Below, in pieces: positions 1 through 6,121 of a DNA stretch of 44,795 nt. How positions within the stretch are numbered: position 1 is the first letter of the stretch; each line of letters begins with the position of its first letter. Source of the DNA: a virus; the IMG/VR virus record IMGVR_UViG_2911509878_000001, positions 1 through 44,795 of that record; one strand, written 5' to 3'. The translations under genes were made by a program, and so were the position numbers. A model generated the notes under the pieces. It was not told the origin of the DNA. It did not search any database and saw only the letters and a program-made list of their open reading frames with translations.

Positions 1-55
1 GCCGTCAGTATTAACAGTTTCCGTCTCGGGTAAAAGAACGCCAGCTACCGAACCA
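1..55. repeat. Terminal overlap, copy 1 (identical to 44741..44795); marks a circularly closed assembly
   Basis: Bases 1-55 GCCGTCAGTATTAACAGTTTCCGTCTCGGGTAAAAGAACGCCAGCTACCGAACCA recur exactly as the last 55 bases of the window. Confidence 0.95.
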
Positions 56-153
56 CGCACGCCCGAGCGGAATATGAATTTAAACTCTTGATTTGCTAAA
101 AGATTTCCAGCGCGATCCCGCACAATTCCTGTGATGGTGCATAGCGTTGTCAT
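1..153 (-). CDS. Tailspike/tail fibre, N-terminal 51 codons; the gene continues across the circular junction into 42560..44740
   Basis: ATG at 153..151 reads MTTLCTITGIVRDRAGNLLANQEFKFIFRSGVRGSVAGVLLPETETVNTDG to base 1. It stays in frame with SGNISISLYTGYYLVETTVEGKVWRFTIVVPNEATATF starting at 44740. ATGA overlap with the stop of the 150..740 gene. Confidence 0.8.
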   Translation of the reverse strand, partial: MTTLCTITGIVRDRAGNLLANQEFKFIFRSGVRGSVAGVLLPETETVNTDG

Positions 154-740
154 TCAGATGCCTCCTTAACCACTTCCGCCTCAATGATTTCTCCCCGCGC
201 GGCCTGCAAAGCGCGTTTGCGGGAATTTTCCAGCCGTTCGCTGAAATCAACAGTGACGTCTTTCTTGACGGAACTGGATGGCCCGTGACCGGAACGATCC
301 AGGGCGAGCGTTGCAGTTTCTCGCAAATCCTTCAGGGAAAACTTTCCTGGTTCCGTTTCCAGTCGATCCCGTATTTCTGCAATCGCTTCTTCGCCCAAGC
401 CTGCAAGGTTTTCCAGGGTCGTAGAAAACTGCATATCGACTTCGTTTTTGTAAAGCGCTACAAGCTCCTGAAACGCAGGGCTGTTCTGCAGGATGCTAAT
501 GCGGGAATTGTCATATCCGGTAATAAGCGCCACCTCACCCGGGGGCGTCCCGGCGGCGAGAAGCCGCGCAACGGAATGATGCCGCTGCGTAATGCGCTGC
601 AAAGGCGGAGGCACAGAGACCGGCCCCGCCCCTGCCGCCAGGAGCGCCGCGTCCGCCGCCTCAAGCTCCCGCACGAGCGTCACCGTCACCGGCGCGGGCT
701 TCCGCCCCCTCCCGACAACCGTATTTAAGTCCAGCCCCAT
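150..740 (-). CDS. HTH-type DNA-binding protein, first gene of the leftward arm (possible small terminase subunit or regulator)
   Basis: 196-aa ORF. GGAG lies 11 nt upstream of ATG 740. Helix-turn-helix-like segment GEVALITGYDNSRISILQ. Stop is coupled (ATGA) to the tailspike start. Confidence 0.6.
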   Translation of the reverse strand: MGLDLNTVVGRGRKPAPVTVTLVRELEAADAALLAAGAGPVSVPPPLQRITQRHHSVARLLAAGTPPGEVALITGYDNSRISILQNSPAFQELVALYKNEVDMQFSTTLENLAGLGEEAIAEIRDRLETEPGKFSLKDLRETATLALDRSGHGPSSSVKKDVTVDFSERLENSRKRALQAARGEIIEAEVVKEASE

Positions 741-775
741 ATGGCTAATCTCCGTTTTCGCGTCTTCTCCCCTCC

Positions 776-804
776 ACTATACCACACGCGCGAGCGCTTG
801 GCAA
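776..804 (-). promoter_or_regulatory. Sigma70-like promoter for the leftward arm
   Basis: Minus strand reads TTGCCA (804..799), a 17-nt spacer, then TATAGT (781..776), about 35 nt upstream of ATG 740. Confidence 0.55.
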
Positions 805-1063
805 TCGATTGTGATATTGCGCCATATCGAAGCTGGAGCGATAAAGTTTGGGTGGGGTGGTTAGCAGGGGCCAAGGGGGTGGCGGCGTCGAAAGGGGGGT
901 TCGCCTTTTTGACAAATGATGGGGGTGGGGGCCTCGATTGCAGGGATGCGCACGGACGGGAAAAATTGAAACATTATGTGATGAGGTGGGGGCTTGTGGT
1001 TGCGTGCGAATTGGTTTACGTTTGTGGTTGTGGGAATGATCCCATCTGAAAGGAGTCAATCAA

Positions 1064-1585
1064 ATGGCAAAGTATGATCTTAACCTTCCCGAAACGTTTG
1101 ATGTAAGCGCGGGCGGCTCAAGCGTCACCGTGAAAGTGAGTGCGTTGACGGAGGAGTTGATTGCGCGCTTGGTGTTGCATGGATTGCGGCAGAAGGTCGC
1201 GGACGCGGCGGCGAGTGCGAAGAAACTTTCCGAAGCGGATGATGAAACGCGGGACAAAATGACGATTGCGGGCGACTTGATGTCGAAGGTGGCGACAACG
1301 CTTGAGCGCGGCGAGTGGGGCGTTGAACGTGGTGCCGGTGGTTCGGCTGACCCGCTTGACCGCTTCCGCCTCGCGATTGTCCGGGATCAAATGAAGCGGC
1401 CTGGCAATGAGGATGTGAAGAAGGCGTATGATGCTATCGCCTCCGACGATCAAGCGAAGCGCCGGGCGTTCCTGATGGACATTGCCGGTAAGAACGCGGA
1501 AGCGATTGACCCGGCGGCTCAGTCGCTTTATGAACAGGATCAGAAGCGGAAAGCTGAAGCGGCCAAGATTTCCATCGACCTGTAA
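1064..1585 (+). CDS. Hypothetical protein (173 aa), stand-alone unit ending in a strong terminator
   Basis: SD AAAGGAGTCAA 8 nt upstream of the ATG. Clean ORF, with a terminator directly downstream. Confidence 0.75.
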   Translation: MAKYDLNLPETFDVSAGGSSVTVKVSALTEELIARLVLHGLRQKVADAAASAKKLSEADDETRDKMTIAGDLMSKVATTLERGEWGVERGAGGSADPLDRFRLAIVRDQMKRPGNEDVKKAYDAIASDDQAKRRAFLMDIAGKNAEAIDPAAQSLYEQDQKRKAEAAKISIDL

Positions 1586-1596
1586 GCGCGACGATT

Positions 1597-1625
1597 GGGC
1601 GGGGGCAAGTTCCCCGCCCTTTTTC
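1597..1625 (+). terminator. Rho-independent terminator
   Basis: GGGCGGGG (1597-1604), 7-nt loop, CCCCGCCC (1612-1619), then TTTTT. Confidence 0.8.
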
Positions 1626-1630
1626 TGTCA

Positions 1631-1899
1631 ATCCGGGATAATCCTGATACCCCATCTACATACCCCCTGGCTCCCTGGAAAATGGCACTTTTCGGTGTGT
1701 ATGGCGGGTTAATTCATTTAAAGCGCCATATCGTTTCCTGCAGCCCTTTTTTTCTTTTCTCAGTAAATTTTTTTTTTTTTAGAGATTTTTCAGGAAGACA
1801 TATGGCGGATTTGAACGGCCCGCCCGCCGGGTGGTCGAAAATCGGGGTTTTCCAGGGAGCCAGGGGGTATGCATAGCATACACCAGAATTATCCCGAAA
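1631..1899. repeat. Large imperfect palindrome with 24-bp perfect arms flanking an AT/pyrimidine-rich core; candidate origin or regulatory element
   Basis: CATACCCCCTGGCTCCCTGGAAAA at 1659-1682 is the exact reverse complement of 1848-1871. Outer blocks CGGGATAAT (1634-1642) and ATTATCCCG (1888-1896) are also inverted. The core contains T13 (1768-1780). Confidence 0.9.
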
Positions 1900-1931
1900 T
1901 CTTCGATTTCGCCCACACCTGCACGACCGCA

Positions 1932-1959
1932 TTGACATTCCCGCGCAAATGTGCACAAT
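1932..1959 (+). promoter_or_regulatory. Candidate sigma70-like promoter for the small-gene block
   Basis: TTGACA (1932-1937), 16 nt, CACAAT (1954-1959), preceded by TGTG (extended -10-like). Confidence 0.35.
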
Positions 1960-2040
1960 GGGATGTGGACGGGGCGCAATCGCCGAGCGGAGGTAATAGG
2001 CCCTGACCATGCACAGTCGCTTTATCACTTCGAGGTTGCG

Positions 2041-2086
2041 GTGACGAGGGCGTAAACTTAACGGGGAAGGCTTTCGCCCTCGTCAC
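2041..2086 (+). other. 12-bp perfect-stem hairpin in the leader upstream of the first small ORF
   Basis: GTGACGAGGGCG (2041-2052), 22-nt loop, CGCCCTCGTCAC (2075-2086). No T-run follows; an SD and ATG lie 12 nt downstream. Confidence 0.6.
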
Positions 2087-2097
2087 ACAAAGGAAAA

Positions 2098-2202
2098 ATG
2101 ATGGACTTTCTACTCTTTTTCATTGGCGTTTCTGCGCAGGCGTTATTTACCCTCGCCTTCGTTTGGATCGTTGTTATGCTGCTGCACAAGGTGATGAAAT
2201 GA
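2098..2202 (+). CDS. Mini-ORF encoding a 34-aa hydrophobic peptide
   Basis: AAAGGAAAA then ATG. Reads MMDFLLFFIGVSAQALFTLAFVWIVVMLLHKVMK. Stop is coupled (ATGA at 2199-2202) to the next gene. Shorter than the ORFs listed in the supplied track. Confidence 0.45.
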   Translation: MMDFLLFFIGVSAQALFTLAFVWIVVMLLHKVMK

Positions 2203-2411
2203 AACACGAAGTGTTGACGAAACGCGGTAAGGAACTCGAAAACATTGAGGCGAACTATCGCTCAAGTATGCACAAACTCGGTCCGCGCGCGGCGCTTGAT
2301 CAGGCCCGTGCGGCGCTGGCAAAATATGCGCAAGCACATCATACGTCTGATTCCTTCTGGTACGGACGTGCGTTGGCGCGCCTTCGCAACGGCATGGAGA
2401 TTGAGGCGTGA
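2199..2411 (+). CDS. Hypothetical protein (70 aa)
   Basis: MKHEVLTKRG... start is coupled to the upstream mini-ORF. The track ORF 2163..2411 has a longer N-terminal extension with no SD. Confidence 0.6.
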   Translation: MKHEVLTKRGKELENIEANYRSSMHKLGPRAALDQARAALAKYAQAHHTSDSFWYGRALARLRNGMEIEA

Positions 2412-2450
2412 AAATAGCCTATATTACTATCAAGAACAACGGAGATAGAC

Positions 2451-2651
2451 ATGACTGCAATTGAAATGCTAAACGCAATGAAATCTGACCACATTAATAT
2501 CCTGTGGCTAAACAAGGATCGCCGTGTAGCCTGTTTCCATGATGGTGAGATCGGCTATGATGTGGACTACAACGATGCTGTGCTTGTTCGCTCTGATCCG
2601 TCAATCAAACTCATTGACACAACGGACGGCGAAACACTGCAGGCTGTTTAA
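2451..2651 (+). CDS. Hypothetical protein (66 aa)
   Basis: SD-containing CAACGGAGATAGA lies immediately upstream. Confidence 0.7.
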   Translation: MTAIEMLNAMKSDHINILWLNKDRRVACFHDGEIGYDVDYNDAVLVRSDPSIKLIDTTDGETLQAV

Positions 2652-2672
2652 TACAGCAACGGAGATAGAAGA

Positions 2673-2828
2673 ATGAAAAAGGCAAAACACTACTGGCGGG
2701 CGATACCATGTCAGGTTTATCGTGCTAACGCCATCCCGGAGGATTGGGACTTTCTTGATAAGCCAACAATCCTGACGGATAGGAATGGAAAAGTTCTTTT
2801 GAAGGAATTGCCTAATGCGACTGCATGA
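2673..2828 (+). CDS. Hypothetical protein (51 aa)
   Basis: The same CAACGGAGATAGA box lies upstream. Reads MKKAKHYWRAIPCQVYRANAIPEDWDFLDKPTILTDRNGKVLLKELPNATA. Shorter than the ORFs listed in the supplied track. Confidence 0.55.
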   Translation: MKKAKHYWRAIPCQVYRANAIPEDWDFLDKPTILTDRNGKVLLKELPNATA

Positions 2829-3003
2829 GGTGAAATCACCAGCGGGCCTTGCGATGTATCTGTTCAGCCCCGAAAGCGCCAAGGCACGCTCGTGGGAGTA
2901 TCTTCTTTATTCCCGCGCGCTACGCTTAGCCGGGTTCCCCCGCTCCGCAAAGGCTCAGCTGTCCCGTGCAAGCGCTTGGCGCAAAAAAGCACAAGCAAAA
3001 TGA
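2815..3003 (+). CDS. Hypothetical basic protein (62 aa)
   Basis: ORF overlaps the upstream stop by 14 nt and is coupled (ATGA) to the next gene. Confidence 0.5.
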   Translation: MRLHEVKSPAGLAMYLFSPESAKARSWEYLLYSRALRLAGFPRSAKAQLSRASAWRKKAQAK

Positions 3004-3191
3004 TTCAACTTATCAAACTCCCCTCGCCAGAGCTTCGCGCGGAACAGGCGAAAGCAATCGCCTCCGCCGAGGGCCTCGTCCTGCGCCTCGCGCTTGAGGA
3101 AGGTTGGGACATAAACTGCGCCATCCTGGCGGTATCATTCAACATCAAGGCTGAACTTCAAAACATGTACGTGGAGGAAGAAAATGACTGA
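3000..3191 (+). CDS. Hypothetical protein (63 aa)
   Basis: ATG 3000 overlaps the stop at 3001-3003. Reads MIQLIKLPSPELRAEQAK... and ends in the AATGACTGA junction. Confidence 0.6.
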   Translation: MIQLIKLPSPELRAEQAKAIASAEGLVLRLALEEGWDINCAILAVSFNIKAELQNMYVEEEND

Positions 3192-3486
3192 AACGCCCAA
3201 ACCAGAACGTAACCGCGAAAAAGTCCCCGCGAAAAACCTTTTCAACTTAGTCGAAAAGACCGACGTGCAACACGTCAGTGAGGCCCTTGGCTATTCCTTC
3301 AGCGCCATCAACGTTATGATTCGTGAAGGCGTTTGTGTAAAAGTGGTGGAAATCGCAGCAGGAGCACTTCTTCACGAGAGCCGTAAAGATAAAATCCTCA
3401 TCGTTCGCTGCCCAAATGAAAAGCTTTCCGCCTTTACCGAAATCACAAAGGCGCTTGCACTTTCCGTAACCGAAATGAAGGCGTAA
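3184..3486 (+). CDS. Hypothetical protein (100 aa), possible HTH
   Basis: Starts in the ATGACTGA junction. Segment VQHVSEALGYSFSAINVMIREG looks HTH-like. Confidence 0.6.
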   Translation: MTETPKPERNREKVPAKNLFNLVEKTDVQHVSEALGYSFSAINVMIREGVCVKVVEIAAGALLHESRKDKILIVRCPNEKLSAFTEITKALALSVTEMKA

Positions 3487-3488
3487 AA

Positions 3489-3869
3489 ATGCCCAAAGGT
3501 CTTTCCCGCTCCTCCGCACATTACAACGACGTGAAGCCGATCATGGATAAGGCCCTTGAACGCCCTGGCCTGATTTACGAACTGAAATCAATCAATCAGG
3601 CACATCACTTTCGGCAGAAGTGTTACAAATATAGAACCTTCCTGCGCGCTTTGGAAGAGGAGCGTGTTGGCGATATTCCCGGCCATTCTGTCACAATCGC
3701 CTACGACATTCTAGTCATTCGCTTCACGCGAAAACCGGAAGGTGAAAAGTTTTCCCGCTTCCTGCAGTTTGATCACAATTCCACCGGCCCTGGCAAGCTT
3801 ATCGACCCCGACACCGGGCAGGAAATCAAGATCGACACGGACTCCCCGCAAGGCGGTGTCATTGAATGA
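3489..3869 (+). CDS. Hypothetical protein (126 aa)
   Basis: ORF begins 2 nt after the upstream stop. Confidence 0.65.
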   Translation: MPKGLSRSSAHYNDVKPIMDKALERPGLIYELKSINQAHHFRQKCYKYRTFLRALEEERVGDIPGHSVTIAYDILVIRFTRKPEGEKFSRFLQFDHNSTGPGKLIDPDTGQEIKIDTDSPQGGVIE

Positions 3870-3942
3870 GGGACATCTGGGTTATTCCCGCATCGCTACT
3901 TACTTTCTATCTAACAATCCAGCTTGTAAAGGTATTCATCGG

Positions 3943-4371
3943 ATGAAAAAGCTAACCTTAATATTATTCCTTTCCGCCTGCGCGCCGGTCGTCGTAGAAA
4001 ATGATTCCGGCGGGAGCCTTAACGAACGTCTTTCAATGCTTGAAGAGCTTAACGGAAGGCAGGTTGAAATTTCTGGCTATTGCGCTTCCGCGTGTACGCT
4101 GTTTTTGAGCCTGGAAAAGGTTTGTTTGCATCCAAGCGCCCGACTGCGTTTCCACGGACCTACAGCTTCTCACGCCTTGTTCCTGCCAATCATGGAACAT
4201 CGCCCCGACTTAAACCGCCGCAACATTGAATTGATGGCACAGCATTATCCGCCCGCAATTTCAGATTGGTTCCTCTCCGGTCCCGCCTATCTTACTGGAT
4301 CAGACTTTGAAACCCTCACCGCGACGCAGGTGATTGAAATGTCCAACGGCGAAATCGAGTGGTGTGAATGA
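3943..4371 (+). CDS. Putative lipoprotein (142 aa)
   Basis: MKKLTLILFLSAC has a signal peptide with lipobox L-S-A-C. The longer track ORF from 3742 overlaps the previous gene and was not used. Confidence 0.65.
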   Translation: MKKLTLILFLSACAPVVVENDSGGSLNERLSMLEELNGRQVEISGYCASACTLFLSLEKVCLHPSARLRFHGPTASHALFLPIMEHRPDLNRRNIELMAQHYPPAISDWFLSGPAYLTGSDFETLTATQVIEMSNGEIEWCE

Positions 4372-4415
4372 GACGCCTTAGCCTGCCTTCGTGAAGCATT
4401 GGGAGGAGCAATGTG

Positions 4416-4892
4416 ATGACACAAAGCATTCGACTAACTCATTGGAGTTTTAAACCACTAGAACCCCTCCGTTCAGTCACAAATGATTATTCGGACAGGG
4501 TGCGTGGGCCTTTTAAAAAACCCAACGGATTTTGGCTTTCCGATGAAACTGACGACATGAGTTGGTCTAATTGGTGCGAAATGGAAGAGTTTAATCGCGG
4601 AAACATTCGAACTGATTTTGAAGTCGACTTAACCAACGTCCTTCATCTTTCCTCTTATCTAGACATTAGTGATTTTGATAATGAATACAACAGGCGTAGA
4701 GCAGACGGGCTTAGTGACGGAATAGATTGGCCTGCAGTAGGACAAAAGTTTTCCGGCCTTCTCATAACTCCATACAATTGGGAGGCTAGACTAAAGTTCA
4801 ATTGGTACTATACTTGGGACTGCGCCAGCGGTGTCTTCTGGAACACCTCCTGCTTAACACGCCTTAAAACTTCGGAGCAATGTGATGAATAG
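4416..4892 (+). CDS. Hypothetical Trp-rich protein (158 aa) in a visibly AT-richer segment
   Basis: SD GGGAGGAG upstream. The ORF is intact. Confidence 0.65.
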   Translation: MTQSIRLTHWSFKPLEPLRSVTNDYSDRVRGPFKKPNGFWLSDETDDMSWSNWCEMEEFNRGNIRTDFEVDLTNVLHLSSYLDISDFDNEYNRRRADGLSDGIDWPAVGQKFSGLLITPYNWEARLKFNWYYTWDCASGVFWNTSCLTRLKTSEQCDE

Positions 4893-4992
4893 AAACAAGC
4901 GCCTACCAGCCGGAAGCGGCATAATCATCGTCTCGATTGTTTGGCTTATTTTCTTGGCCGGAATGGCTCTGATCGTTTGGGGGCCGTTCTGA
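4885..4992 (+). CDS. Mini-ORF encoding a 35-aa single-TM peptide
   Basis: MNRNKRLPAGSGIIIVSIVWLIFLAGMALIVWGPF. It is in the same reading frame as the ImmA-like ORF downstream, separated from the open frame that leads into it by one TGA (4990-4992). Confidence 0.4.
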   Translation: MNRNKRLPAGSGIIIVSIVWLIFLAGMALIVWGPF

Positions 4993-5159
4993 TGTCGGCT
5001 GATCAAAGGTGTCTTTGGGTTCCTCGAAAGGCGCTTTCACGAACTCACACAAAGTGGACGTGTCTTTCCTGCGGAGACATCCGTAAAGTGTTCGGCTCCG
5101 ACCCGCCCAAAACGTGCGCCATATTGCCTCCACACAAAAGAGGCCGTGATGGCGTATGA
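4992..5159 (+). CDS. Hypothetical Cys-containing protein (55 aa); alternative reading of a region open in two frames
   Basis: ATG overlaps the TGA at 4990-4992. Reads MSADQRCLWVPRKALSRTHTKWTCLSCGDIRKVF... Confidence 0.35.
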   Translation: MSADQRCLWVPRKALSRTHTKWTCLSCGDIRKVFGSDPPKTCAILPPHKRGRDGV

Positions 5160-5367
5160 CAGCCTGATGGAAAAGGAAGCCAACCTATTCGCTATGGAGC
5201 TTATGATGCCGGAAAAATTCCTCCGAGAAGATATCGGACCTGATGGGGTTGATGTCTTTGATGACGCTGCAATTAACAAGCTAGCTAGAAAATACAAAGT
5301 ACCCGCCTCTGTCATGGCGGCCAGGCTAGTGCAATTGCATCTTGAGGTAACGGAGCAAGAGACATGA
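5149..5367 (+). CDS. ImmA/IrrE (peptidase M78, COG2856)-like C-terminal fragment lacking HEXXH
   Basis: EKEANLFAMELMMPEKFL matches the E-x-EAN-x-FA-x-x-LLMP signature. No HEXXH is found in the ORF or in the open frame upstream (only FHELTQ). Confidence 0.5.
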   Translation: MAYDSLMEKEANLFAMELMMPEKFLREDIGPDGVDVFDDAAINKLARKYKVPASVMAARLVQLHLEVTEQET

Positions 5368-5810
5368 CACATGATGACCTCATAATTCGAATGGCTCGGG
5401 CAATGCATGACGGGCCGTTGGGGGCCGATGATCATGTTTTTGACGCCACTACAGCACAAGGACGTTGGTGCATGGACATGGCCCAGGCAGCGTTGGACGC
5501 GATTGATCTGAGTGAGCTTACGCCCACACCGGAACAGGTAGATGGTTCCCCCGCGCCAGACCTTTCACCTGCGCCAGACCACCCGCGCCTAGATTACTTT
5601 CGAGGCTTTGAAGCGGCACGAGAGGCGGCTGTGCAAGTGGTGGAACAGTGCAATCGCGAAGGCCCCTATGAGGCAATCGCGGCGGCCCAAAAAATCAGGG
5701 ACATTCCGACGCCTCCACACAAAAGCGGATATGTTACCTACGCTGAAACCGCGCCAGACCCCGCAAAGGAGCGGGACGAGGCCCGGCGCGCTCTAAAGGA
5801 AGAAGAGTGA
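5364..5810 (+). CDS. Hypothetical protein (148 aa)
   Basis: ATGA-coupled to the upstream gene. Confidence 0.65.
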   Translation: MTHDDLIIRMARAMHDGPLGADDHVFDATTAQGRWCMDMAQAALDAIDLSELTPTPEQVDGSPAPDLSPAPDHPRLDYFRGFEAAREAAVQVVEQCNREGPYEAIAAAQKIRDIPTPPHKSGYVTYAETAPDPAKERDEARRALKEEE

Positions 5811-6121
5811 TGGCTGAACCCAACCCGCGAAATTGTTCCACATGCAAGCATGCTACTTGCGGTGAACAGGTGTTTTGCTCCGCCCCAGTCCCACTATGGG
5901 TTCCAATGGAATTGTCCCGCATTGTCGATAATCCTGAGCGCCGCTGCGATGCACATGTGGTGGCCAAAGGCACCTTCGCCCGCATCTGCCTCAATTGTGG
6001 AAACCCGATCCGCACGCATCACAAATACACCAAGCTTGGGAAAGACCAATGGATTCACAAGTGCTGCGAATTTCCAGAGTCCTACAGCGCTTATCACCAT
6101 AAACACGTGGAGGCAAAATGA
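5810..6121 (+). CDS. Cys-rich, putative zinc-binding protein (103 aa)
   Basis: CSTCKHATC...C and CLNCGNP...CC clusters. Start overlaps the upstream stop. Confidence 0.6.
   Translation: MAEPNPRNCSTCKHATCGEQVFCSAPVPLWVPMELSRIVDNPERRCDAHVVAKGTFARICLNCGNPIRTHHKYTKLGKDQWIHKCCEFPESYSAYHHKHVEAK

Noticed and set aside
741-1059. ORFs 741..1049 (+, 102 aa) and 745..1059 (-, 104 aa) in the control region
   Set aside because: The G-tract DNA gives Gly/Trp- or Pro-rich low-complexity translations. They have no SD and overlap the mapped promoter elements, so the region is treated as non-coding.
1664-1700. Sigma54-type promoter in the repeat arm (CTGGCTCCCTGGAAAATGGCAC)
   Set aside because: TGGC and TGGCAC are present, but neither is followed by the TTGC element at the required 5-nt spacing.
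1595-2086. ORFs across the palindromic region (1595..1876 +, 1714..2028 -, 1779..1979 -, 1889..2086 -)
   Set aside because: Their similarity (HTPWLPGK in two frames) is simply the inverted repeat being translated. They have no SD, and homopolymer runs lie inside them.
3742-3942. Long N-terminal extension of the lipoprotein ORF (track ORF 3742..4371)
   Set aside because: The extension overlaps the 3' end of the 3489..3869 gene in another frame. The internal ATG at 3943 gives a canonical lipoprotein signal peptide.
4990-4992. TGA recoding or selenocysteine at the in-frame stop upstream of the ImmA-like ORF
   Set aside because: TGA is used as a normal stop throughout the genome, including many ATGA junctions. 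No SECIS-like hairpin is apparent directly downstream. A pseudogene or truncated gene is more likely.
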